Shown here: piece by piece, positions 17,891 through 26,003 of the stretch
How the letters are laid out: the number at the start of each line of letters is the position of its first letter
How positions within the stretch are numbered: position 1 is the stretch's first letter
Source: a virus
Taxonomy: Duplodnaviria > Caudoviricetes
Reading direction: 5' to 3' (one strand)
Virus record (IMG/VR): IMGVR_UViG_3300017908_000107
Coordinates: 1 to 51,542 of that record
Length of the DNA stretch: 51,542 nt
The notes under the pieces: model-generated
What the model was told of the DNA's origin: nothing
Database searches by the model: none
Seen by the model: only the letters and a program-made list of their open reading frames with translations
Program-made: the position numbers and the translations under genes

Positions 17891-19750
17891 ATGGCATTAC
17901 AAAATTTAAAAACATATTTCGAAGGAGCTAACATTGCAGACGTTGATAAACTTCTCAATCACAAATGTATTGTGACAGAGAAAATTAACGGTTCATCTTT
18001 TCACGCGAGAAGACAAGGTAACGATTTCGCATTCTACAAATCAGGTCAAAAGACTATGATGAATGTTGTAGACCGTACTATCGTTAGATATTATGAGAAT
18101 GCAATTAGACATTTTAAATCTGTTTCACAGGATGTTGTAGAAGATATGCCATTCGATTGGAAGTTTGGTTTTGAATACTTAGCAGATAATAAAACTCTAG
18201 ATGTTGAGTATGATGTATTACCAAAGTCAAATTTAATCTTAACTCACATCCAAGTTCTTCAACCTTCTAATCCTGATAAAGTTAGAAAGGTAATTAGAGA
18301 TACAAAAGTTCTAAATAAATGGGCAGATAAATTAGGTGTTTCAAAACCACCTGTATTATTTGAAGGTCTATTAGACTCAGGCCAAAAAGATAGAATCAAA
18401 GATATTCTGTCAATGGGTGTAAAAGAATTTAGCCAAATGTTCGAGGATGAAGATAGACCATCTTTTACTAGAACAGTGTATGGTATTTTCAATGAGAACA
18501 TGAAGCAATCAGCTTTAATGAACGATCTATCTAAAGATGGAGCTGGGTTTGTTATCAACTTTCACGACGGTAAATCTATTCAAGCATTTGTATTAGAGAA
18601 GTTTAACAAGAAACCAAAAGCAGAAAGAAAACCATCTGACATGTATCAGATTACTATTCTTGACATTGTTGAACATTTATCAAATTTTGATTTTGAATCA
18701 ATACAATTAACTGAAGAAAAGACAGACTACAGATATTTAGAATTAATGTCTAGTATCTTTAACCAATATGTAGAAAATAATGCTACTAAATATATTGGTG
18801 CTAAATTTGACTCTGCTGATTTCTCAGAATCTCCAATGTTTGAATTAAATACAAAATTTATCAATAACGAAAAAACACTAACTTTAGTACAAGATAAAAT
18901 TTTAGCAGAACTATTCAAAATCGCTTTAGGTTCTTTCAGAAAGAAGAGACGTAAAGAAACAACGTTAATCAACGCAGATTTGATGAGAGAAGTTAATGAT
19001 ATTATTGAAAAGATAGAACTAAAAGTTATGGCTAAAACAAACGAAGGTGATGTCATGAATTTCAAACAATACTTGTTGAATCAAAAAATTAAAACACAAG
19101 TTAGTCCAATCACAGAGGGTCTAACTGTAAAATACAAAGACCAAGGTAAAAAGCTTGTAAATATGTTTGTTGGTAGATTCCAACCATTTACACTAGGCCA
19201 TGCTAAAGTTATTGAGACTATCTCAAAAGAGAATGGTTATCCGGTAGTTATCTTCCTAATTAAGTCTAAGACTAAGAAAGCAGAAGATGCATTCAAGAGA
19301 CCTTATGATGAAGAGACTCAATTAGCAATGTTAAACAGATTAAAATCTTCATATCCAATTGAAGATGTAAAAATCTTACCAACAGCGGCAATCGATAGAA
19401 TGTTCAACGAATTAAGACCTAAGTACGAACCAGTACTTTGGGGAACTGGAACTGACAGAATGAAAGTTTACAGCTATCAAGTAGACAGACAAGAATATAG
19501 AGATGACTTAGGTGTTAGAGATGATTTTGGTCTATTTGAAATTCCAAGAACAGGTAAAAACATTTCAGCTACTCAGGTTAGGAACGCGATGCTTGATGGC
19601 AATGAAAGACTATTCAAAAAATTAACTCCAAAAGGTATTCACGGTATGTATGGTGAATTAAAGATGAAGCTAGAAGACTCAATGGGTGTGATGGCAGAAT
19701 CTAACGAGACTGAGTTCTTAACCTTCGACGAGTTTGTGAAGAATATATAA
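17891..19750 (+). CDS. Fusion of a degenerate ligase-fold domain and a HIGH-superfamily nucleotidyltransferase (cytidylyltransferase/NMNAT-like)
   Basis: N-terminal VTEKINGSSF and FGFEY; C-terminal FVGRFQPFTLGH and NISATQVR. Confidence 0.7.
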   Translation: MALQNLKTYFEGANIADVDKLLNHKCIVTEKINGSSFHARRQGNDFAFYKSGQKTMMNVVDRTIVRYYENAIRHFKSVSQDVVEDMPFDWKFGFEYLADNKTLDVEYDVLPKSNLILTHIQVLQPSNPDKVRKVIRDTKVLNKWADKLGVSKPPVLFEGLLDSGQKDRIKDILSMGVKEFSQMFEDEDRPSFTRTVYGIFNENMKQSALMNDLSKDGAGFVINFHDGKSIQAFVLEKFNKKPKAERKPSDMYQITILDIVEHLSNFDFESIQLTEEKTDYRYLELMSSIFNQYVENNATKYIGAKFDSADFSESPMFELNTKFINNEKTLTLVQDKILAELFKIALGSFRKKRRKETTLINADLMREVNDIIEKIELKVMAKTNEGDVMNFKQYLLNQKIKTQVSPITEGLTVKYKDQGKKLVNMFVGRFQPFTLGHAKVIETISKENGYPVVIFLIKSKTKKAEDAFKRPYDEETQLAMLNRLKSSYPIEDVKILPTAAIDRMFNELRPKYEPVLWGTGTDRMKVYSYQVDRQEYRDDLGVRDDFGLFEIPRTGKNISATQVRNAMLDGNERLFKKLTPKGIHGMYGELKMKLEDSMGVMAESNETEFLTFDEFVKNI

Positions 19751-19769
19751 ACAAATATAGCATATTATT

Positions 19770-20153
19770 ATGAATAACGTTTTATCATTCGAAGATTTTA
19801 GAAACTCAGTAAATGAGTCTATTCAATTTGGCTCTTATTACTATAGCGATAGAACCTGGGCTGGTGAGTTTAGCGACAACCTACCAGAAAAGGGTAATAC
19901 GAAGTATTTAGTATTCGCTCATAATGAAGTAGATTTCTATGGTCAAAGAATTAGATTAGAAAATGGTGGTAACAAGAAGCAATATATCGGTATTTTTGAC
20001 GACGAGGCTTCTGCCGCAGATGCATATAAGATGGCTATGAAAAAACCAGATGGTATTTATGTTTCATTCTCAATGGGAACACTTTTCGCAAAGTCTAAAT
20101 TCTCATTCCAGTATGAAGAAACACAGGGTAAACTAGCAAAAATTAGAGCATAA
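19770..20153 (+). CDS. Putative internal head protein
   Basis: N-terminus MNNVLSFEDFRNSVNE; late-promoter variant GAATATATAA at 19741. Confidence 0.55.
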   Translation: MNNVLSFEDFRNSVNESIQFGSYYYSDRTWAGEFSDNLPEKGNTKYLVFAHNEVDFYGQRIRLENGGNKKQYIGIFDDEASAADAYKMAMKKPDGIYVSFSMGTLFAKSKFSFQYEETQGKLAKIRA

Positions 20154-20155
20154 CC

Positions 20156-22039
20156 ATGACAAACTTTGAAGACTTTTTATCAGAAGGTAAGAAATTACAA
20201 ATCAAAAGAAAATATACAGAGAATCATCCTGCTAAAACTGTAGGTAAAACGGCTAATGTAAGAAATGCAGTCTTACAAGCTATTAAAGATGGTGTAGTGA
20301 CAAGAGAAGAGTTTAACAAAATTCTTTCTGAGTTATCTGCTGATTCTAGACAATGGTCTTCTAGAAATAGAAAGTATTTCAATATCTCTGAAGAAGGTAT
20401 TAAACTTTCAAAGTGGGGTATGAGAATTCTAAACGAATTAGACTCTGAAGAAGAGCAAATGATTCTATCTGATGAAGTTAGTGAGAACGTAAAAGTCTTA
20501 AAAGACAAATGGCCTTATGTTGAATTCAAACTTAAAGGTAAAAAGCACAAAGTAGACTTTGAGTATGAAGATGTTATTGATGACCACGGCAACGAAGGTA
20601 AAGACCTATATTATAGAGGAGAAGATGAAGATGGTAATTTCTTTGAAGTAGATGTCTATGCTGATTATCACGGTGAAGTACAAGATGTATTTTATGACAC
20701 TCTAGTACAAGTTGACGAATCTAAAGTAAATGAGAAAGATGATGCTGGTGACCACTTAGATAAAATAGCAGATATAGTAGGTGGTGTTAGAGACTTCTTT
20801 GCAATCGGTAAAGGATTAGACAAAGGTGGTTACAAAGGTAAATACTTTTATAGCGATACAATGATGCCAATGTATCAAGTAGAAATTGATGGTTTTAAAT
20901 TTGGCATCATCAACAAGAAATATGTCGATAAAGGAGACAGAGAAGTTGGTAATATCGCAATCGGTTTAATGGAAAATATGAACACAAAAAATATGAAAAA
21001 AGAATTTAATTTATTCGAATCATTCGGAGACTTTATAGCTTCCAATGGTATTCTTAACGAAGCAATTAACTCAGTACTATTTAGATCTATTCTAATGAAT
21101 GGTAAAGAGGGTAAACACGCTAAGAAAAATATGTCTATGTTAGCTAAAGGTTTTTATGGCCTGGCTAAAGTAGCTTTAGACAGAATTGAAGACGAAGACT
21201 TCATCGTTAGCAACGATCCACAAAAGATATTTAAGAACTATGGTGGTTCAAACCACGTTCTTTTCTTCATCTCAGATAATGAGAAAGATAATCCATATTT
21301 CGATACTAGAAACGGATCTTTCTATGACTATCGACAAGTTCCAGGTGGAGGTATTCTACTAGCAGCTATGTCTGGTGATAGACAATTCTTCTCTAACGAG
21401 TGGTCAAGATGGGCAGGTGGTAGAACTTGGTCTAAGAATAAAAAAGGTGATGAAGGACAAATCGGTATCAACCACAAATACAGAGGTTGGGGTGCATCAG
21501 GTCTTAACAACGGTAAGAGAATTGCAGAAGTATCTGACAGAGTTGTTGTTCTTAACCTAGACCTAATTAGACAGAAGTACTCTACTGAAAATCTTAGAAA
21601 AGCTAGAGCAGAAGCTAGAGCAGGTGCAACAGCATTCAAATCTGACAAAGAATTTAGAGATGCTAACAATGCTAGATACCACAAGATCTTAGCTGATAAA
21701 GCAGCAAGCTTACCACTAGATAAAATGGTACAAGACGCAATCGACGTGTTGGCAAAACAAATCTCAGATGGTTTAGCTAAAGGTGAGAAGACTAGATACC
21801 AAGAAATTAAAATTGGTGAATCTCCAAAAGGTAGAGAGGTAAAAGCAAGAGACGCATCTCAACACATGTCGAATATCTTAGATGACTATGCTAGATATGT
21901 AGATTACATTAGACAAGCAGAAGAATCTGAAGCTAGATACGGTGAAAGAGAATCTTACTACGAGAGAGAATCTAAGAACTATGCAAAAAGAGTAAAAGAA
22001 AAAATCGCTAAAATCGAGAAGTTCGATTACGCTTGGTAA
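20156..22039 (+). CDS. Multi-module putative internal head protein
   Basis: N-terminus MTNFEDFLSE; modules delimited by VSE/VNE/LNE; second internal motif LFESFGDFI. Confidence 0.55.
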   Translation: MTNFEDFLSEGKKLQIKRKYTENHPAKTVGKTANVRNAVLQAIKDGVVTREEFNKILSELSADSRQWSSRNRKYFNISEEGIKLSKWGMRILNELDSEEEQMILSDEVSENVKVLKDKWPYVEFKLKGKKHKVDFEYEDVIDDHGNEGKDLYYRGEDEDGNFFEVDVYADYHGEVQDVFYDTLVQVDESKVNEKDDAGDHLDKIADIVGGVRDFFAIGKGLDKGGYKGKYFYSDTMMPMYQVEIDGFKFGIINKKYVDKGDREVGNIAIGLMENMNTKNMKKEFNLFESFGDFIASNGILNEAINSVLFRSILMNGKEGKHAKKNMSMLAKGFYGLAKVALDRIEDEDFIVSNDPQKIFKNYGGSNHVLFFISDNEKDNPYFDTRNGSFYDYRQVPGGGILLAAMSGDRQFFSNEWSRWAGGRTWSKNKKGDEGQIGINHKYRGWGASGLNNGKRIAEVSDRVVVLNLDLIRQKYSTENLRKARAEARAGATAFKSDKEFRDANNARYHKILADKAASLPLDKMVQDAIDVLAKQISDGLAKGEKTRYQEIKIGESPKGREVKARDASQHMSNILDDYARYVDYIRQAEESEARYGERESYYERESKNYAKRVKEKIAKIEKFDYAW

Positions 22040-22055
22040 AAATAATAAAAAGGAG

Positions 22056-22262
22056 TTGGCATCTTGTAAGTTAAAAGAAAGTAGCAAAGAATATCAAAGA
22101 GACAGTAATAATAAAATGACCAAGAAATGGGCATGGAAACACTACACTGTTCACAACACTTCAACAGAAGAGTTACTAAAGGCTTACGAGAATTCCAACA
22201 TGAAAAGAAAGAAGGGTATAATAAAAAGAGAACTAGAGAAAAGAAATGCCATCAGTAAGTAA
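22056..22262 (+). CDS. Small basic hypothetical protein (TTG start; alternative ATG 22116)
   Basis: Lys-rich ORF with WAWKHYT...TSTEELL...RELEKR. Confidence 0.55.
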   Translation: MASCKLKESSKEYQRDSNNKMTKKWAWKHYTVHNTSTEELLKAYENSNMKRKKGIIKRELEKRNAISK

Positions 22263-23442
22263 ATCACAACAGAGATTAATGGGAGTTGCATACGCAGTTA
22301 AATCTGGTAGTATGGAACTTAAAGACGTGGACTCAGAATACAGAGATAAAGTTGCGTCACTAGTAGATGGTATGACTAAGAAAGATTTAAAGAAATACGC
22401 TTCAACAAAACACGATAAATTACCAGAGACAGTCGATGAAGCTTTCATAGGACCTTTTGTATTCAACGATAAAATGTCTAGTGAAGAATTAATGGGCATG
22501 TACAAAGGAGCATTGGATGGCTATGCTAACTATGCTAAAGGAATGTACTATGCTAAATCTGATTACAAGAGAGCATATCAAGAAATTGAAAAGATCTTAA
22601 AGAAAAGAGGTGTCGCAGTAGATGAGACTATTCAACAGACTGCAATAACTCCAGGTATGATTGGAGGTATGGGCAATGTTTCATTACCAGCAAACGGTGA
22701 ATTAGGTTCAGGTGATTTCCCTCACACTCTAGTTCAAGTCGCAGATATTGATGACGACGAAGAAAAGAAAAAACAAAAAGGTACAGTGAAGAATTTACAA
22801 GCAGAAGACTTAGCATTAACTTTCAAAGCTTTCGTAAACGAGGCAATCGACTATAACGATCCTGTTTTAATCAGACTAAGACAAGCAGAACTAAGAAGAG
22901 CAGATATGGCTAAATTAGATGCTATTAAGAAAGAGGCTGAGAAGAACAGAAAGAAAGCCATGAAGAGATGGAACACTAGAAGCTATGAAAAGTGGCTAGA
23001 AGAAGTTGCTTCTGGCGGTGGTGCAGAGAATGCATTCGATATGGCAAGAAACGCTGAGTTTGAACCAGGCCTAATTGACTGGATAGAGAAAGAATTCCCT
23101 GGTGACGACCCAATGCAAAGACTTCAGTGGGACATTGAAGCTTTCGCAGAATCTGTAGAACCTATCACTGAAAAGAAATTAGACAGAGATGACATGATGA
23201 AGTTTGTTGAAAAGTATATGGACTTCGTAAGAACTAGTGAAGAGTTCAATGGCTCTGAAGGTGGTATCTGGGTTTCAGGTGAAAACATGGATGAGTTCAA
23301 AGGACAAGTAATATATGACTACTATGCTGAAGGTAGAGGTTATGAGCTAGGAGTAAATGTCAAGTGGGAAAAGGAACTTAATAAAAGAGGATGGTATAGT
23401 GAATGGTACGATGCAGGCACCGTACAGATATGGCCTATCTAA
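22246..23442 (+). CDS. Multi-module protein with N-terminal DUF3008-like domain
   Basis: MPSVSKSQQRLMG...MTKKDLKKYASTKHDKLPE; later LTFKAFVNE and ITE delimiters. Confidence 0.6.
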   Translation: MPSVSKSQQRLMGVAYAVKSGSMELKDVDSEYRDKVASLVDGMTKKDLKKYASTKHDKLPETVDEAFIGPFVFNDKMSSEELMGMYKGALDGYANYAKGMYYAKSDYKRAYQEIEKILKKRGVAVDETIQQTAITPGMIGGMGNVSLPANGELGSGDFPHTLVQVADIDDDEEKKKQKGTVKNLQAEDLALTFKAFVNEAIDYNDPVLIRLRQAELRRADMAKLDAIKKEAEKNRKKAMKRWNTRSYEKWLEEVASGGGAENAFDMARNAEFEPGLIDWIEKEFPGDDPMQRLQWDIEAFAESVEPITEKKLDRDDMMKFVEKYMDFVRTSEEFNGSEGGIWVSGENMDEFKGQVIYDYYAEGRGYELGVNVKWEKELNKRGWYSEWYDAGTVQIWPI

Positions 23443-23454
23443 TAACAAAATTTT

Positions 23455-23513
23455 TACAAAATAAATAGCCTGATATTTTTTTATGTCAGGCTTTTTTATT
23501 ATATTAGTACTGT
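23455..23513 (+). promoter_or_regulatory. Putative early promoter, copy 3 (diverged)
   Basis: tgtcaggcttttttattatattagtactgt matches the reverse complement of copies 1 and 2 (tgtcagatatttttattatattagtactgt). Confidence 0.7.
23467..23497 (+). terminator. Intrinsic terminator ending the internal-protein cluster
   Basis: agcctga...tcaggct stem followed by T run. Confidence 0.6.
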
Positions 23514-23514
23514 G

Positions 23515-23676
23515 ATGAGCAAGAAAAAGAAACATGATGACAAATTGGACTTCAACGGAGGGTGGACCTCTGGTGAGGCTGCACATCATATTTCTAAGAA
23601 GATGACACAACAGACTGTAAAGTCTAAGAAGGCTTATACAAGAAAGAAGAAACACAAAAACAAAGACGATGAATAA
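23515..23676 (+). CDS. Small basic protein (53 aa), ArfA-like motif; not in the ORF track
   Basis: MSKKKKHDDKLDFNGGWTSGEAAHHISKKMTQQTVKSKKAYTRKKKHKNKDDE; directly follows the early promoter and overlaps the next start codon. Confidence 0.65.
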   Translation: MSKKKKHDDKLDFNGGWTSGEAAHHISKKMTQQTVKSKKAYTRKKKHKNKDDE

Positions 23677-24364
23677 GATTGTTTTTATCGGAGACATCCA
23701 TGGACATGACACATGGAAGTATATTGTCAGTAAGCATAAGGATGCTGACCACTTTGTGTTCGTTGGTGACTACTTTGATGCCTTTCTAATTACTCCTGCA
23801 GTACAGATTCAAAACTTCAAGGAGATTATTGAGTTCAAAGAGTCTAATCCAGACAATGTAACTCTTCTAATCGGTAACCATGACTTTCACTATATGCCTT
23901 GGTGTAGAGGTCAGTATGGCGGCTACTCTCACTTCTTTGCAACAGAGATTTGGGAACTTTTGAAGAAGAACATGCACAATCTTGAAGCTGCATGGCAGTA
24001 CAACAACTTGCTTGTCTCTCATGCTGGTATCAGTTCTACTTGGTACTATGAGAATATCGAAGACATGGGCCACATGTTTGAGATTGCAGACAAAGTTAAT
24101 GCTCGTTGGGCTGAGAGACCAGATCTTTTTAATCATAGTGGAAAAGAGAGTCGTGGAAATTCTCCCCATGATGGACCTTTTTGGATTAGGCCGGCTGCTC
24201 TTCGTGAGGATCCGATTGACCCTGAGATTGTGCAGATCGTTGGACACACTCAGAGAGAATTTGTTAGCGTAAAGGACAATGTTTTTGTCATTGACGCACT
24301 ACCCAGACAGTATCTCATTCTCGAAGATGACGAGTTCGTAATCGACAACGTTTACTCCAAATAA
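23669..24364 (+). CDS. Calcineurin-like metallophosphoesterase
   Basis: GDIHG, GDYFD, GNHD, SHAG, WIRP, VGHT. Confidence 0.9.
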   Translation: MNKIVFIGDIHGHDTWKYIVSKHKDADHFVFVGDYFDAFLITPAVQIQNFKEIIEFKESNPDNVTLLIGNHDFHYMPWCRGQYGGYSHFFATEIWELLKKNMHNLEAAWQYNNLLVSHAGISSTWYYENIEDMGHMFEIADKVNARWAERPDLFNHSGKESRGNSPHDGPFWIRPAALREDPIDPEIVQIVGHTQREFVSVKDNVFVIDALPRQYLILEDDEFVIDNVYSK

Positions 24365-24370
24365 TCTACT

Positions 24371-24406
24371 GAAAGCCGTGAAACATTCGCGGCTTTCTTA
24401 CTATAA
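24371..24406 (+). promoter_or_regulatory. Terminator-like hairpin overlapping a middle promoter GAAAC-N17-TATAA
   Basis: gaaagccgtgaa/ttcgcggctttc stem; GAAAC 24380-24384, TATAA 24402-24406. Confidence 0.65.
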
Positions 24407-24430
24407 TACTTAAGTTAAATCTAGTATTAT

Positions 24431-24766
24431 ATGAGCAAAAACATTCTAAAAACAGCAGACGAAATTATTAACAACAGATCTGAAGAAAAAGAACGTATGT
24501 ACGGTCCTTTCGAAGAAGGCATGAGACGTGCGGCGATGATCTGTTCCGGTATGACCGGCAAAGAGTGGTCAGGTTCTGACATGTATGCAGCACTTGTTGC
24601 CCTTAAATTAAGCAGACATTCTTACAACTATAAAGAAGATAATCTTCTAGATGCCGTAGCATATATCGGCGGTCTAGATAATTACATCAAGAAATATGGT
24701 TACGGTAAGACTGAAAAGCCTATTAATTTAACTGACGCAGACGCTGGCTATGGAGACACAGAATAA
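24431..24766 (+). CDS. DUF6378-like protein (all-alpha, nucleotide pyrophosphatase-related)
   Basis: ILKTADEII..R...YG.F...ALKLSR...DNLLDAVAY pattern. Confidence 0.7.
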   Translation: MSKNILKTADEIINNRSEEKERMYGPFEEGMRRAAMICSGMTGKEWSGSDMYAALVALKLSRHSYNYKEDNLLDAVAYIGGLDNYIKKYGYGKTEKPINLTDADAGYGDTE

Positions 24767-25826
24767 CCTAGTCTATTTCACAGACTTAGAGAAAGACACT
24801 AATATCAGGATTGCAATTTCAGCTCTCGTTGGAAAGCTGAGTGCAAGACCTACTTCACATAAATCTGGTTGGGCATTCCACCTAGCCAACCAGTTAAAAC
24901 ATGCAGGTTACGAGCATGTTCAAATTATTACAGACAATTCAGCTTGGAAGGCAGACGATTTCGACGTGGTACTCTTAGAACACGGCATGGAATTCAAAGG
25001 CAATTTCAATATCTTCGGTGGGGCGAACGATGAGTTATATCAACAAATCATTAGAATGTTCGCTCCCGATATACGCATGTATTCGCTCCACCATGATATG
25101 CCTTGTGTAGGTACTCTAATTGAAAAGAGACTGAAAACAGGCTCAGATCTGTTTAAGACACTAGAGTCTAGGGTGGACGAAGCAAAAGAAATCTGTACTA
25201 ACATTCCTAGAGTAGACAGAATTCAAAAGACTTTCTGTCTTTGCTTCGGAGACTCACACTCATTTAGCCAATATACTCCAGGCTATCAAACAGATAGACA
25301 CGATGGTCTAACGCTTTTCGGTACTCTAAGAAGAGGTATTAGAACTTATGTACCAGAGTATATTCAGGCACTGCGCATCTATCTAGGGAATATAGATATT
25401 AGACACCACTTAATGAGACAAGACAATCCATCGAAGTCTTTAAAAACAATGATGGAAGAATATGAACAACAACTAATTGATTTAGAAATAGAACATATTG
25501 ATGTTGTTCAAGCTCTACCAATTGAGAATGAGTCTAGAGTTCTACCAAAAACAGGCTACTACAAAGGTACTCCGTTTACTGGTAGCTGGGCAGAGAGAAC
25601 AGAGCTAGTAAAAGAGTTTAACAGATTGGTAAGAGAAATGTGTAATAGAAATGGTTGGAATACTTGGAAACATCCAGAAGTATTCTACAATTCATTTGGT
25701 GAATTAACATTTGATGTAATGGAAAAACCAAAGTCTGTACATATTGCACGAGAGTTCTACAGATGGGACTTAGTGAAAGACGAACCGAATAAGAAATTAA
25801 TTAAAGTGACGCAAGCATTATTTTAA
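24750..25826 (+). CDS. Two-domain protein with C-terminal SGNH/GDSL-like hydrolase/acyltransferase domain
   Basis: FGDSHS (block I), YLGNID (block III-like), SVH near the C-terminus (block V-like). Confidence 0.5.
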   Translation: METQNNLVYFTDLEKDTNIRIAISALVGKLSARPTSHKSGWAFHLANQLKHAGYEHVQIITDNSAWKADDFDVVLLEHGMEFKGNFNIFGGANDELYQQIIRMFAPDIRMYSLHHDMPCVGTLIEKRLKTGSDLFKTLESRVDEAKEICTNIPRVDRIQKTFCLCFGDSHSFSQYTPGYQTDRHDGLTLFGTLRRGIRTYVPEYIQALRIYLGNIDIRHHLMRQDNPSKSLKTMMEEYEQQLIDLEIEHIDVVQALPIENESRVLPKTGYYKGTPFTGSWAERTELVKEFNRLVREMCNRNGWNTWKHPEVFYNSFGELTFDVMEKPKSVHIAREFYRWDLVKDEPNKKLIKVTQALF

Positions 25827-25829
25827 TAT

Positions 25830-26003
25830 ATGAAAACCTATAAAATAGAAATAACACCATTAACAGAAACCATGGGCAGACAAGATGCCCCTTATACCAT
25901 TGAATTAACGACCGATGATATTAATTGGTCAATGAAACAATACCAACGAAACCGAGAAGCCTTCAGTTGGGAAATACTAGAAGTGAATGAGTACGACGTG
26001 TAA
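25830..26003 (+). CDS. Small hypothetical protein (57 aa); not in the ORF track
   Basis: MKTYKIEITPLTETMGRQDAPYTIELTTDDINWSMKQYQRNREAFSWEILEVNEYDV exactly fills the gap in the operon. Confidence 0.65.
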   Translation: MKTYKIEITPLTETMGRQDAPYTIELTTDDINWSMKQYQRNREAFSWEILEVNEYDV

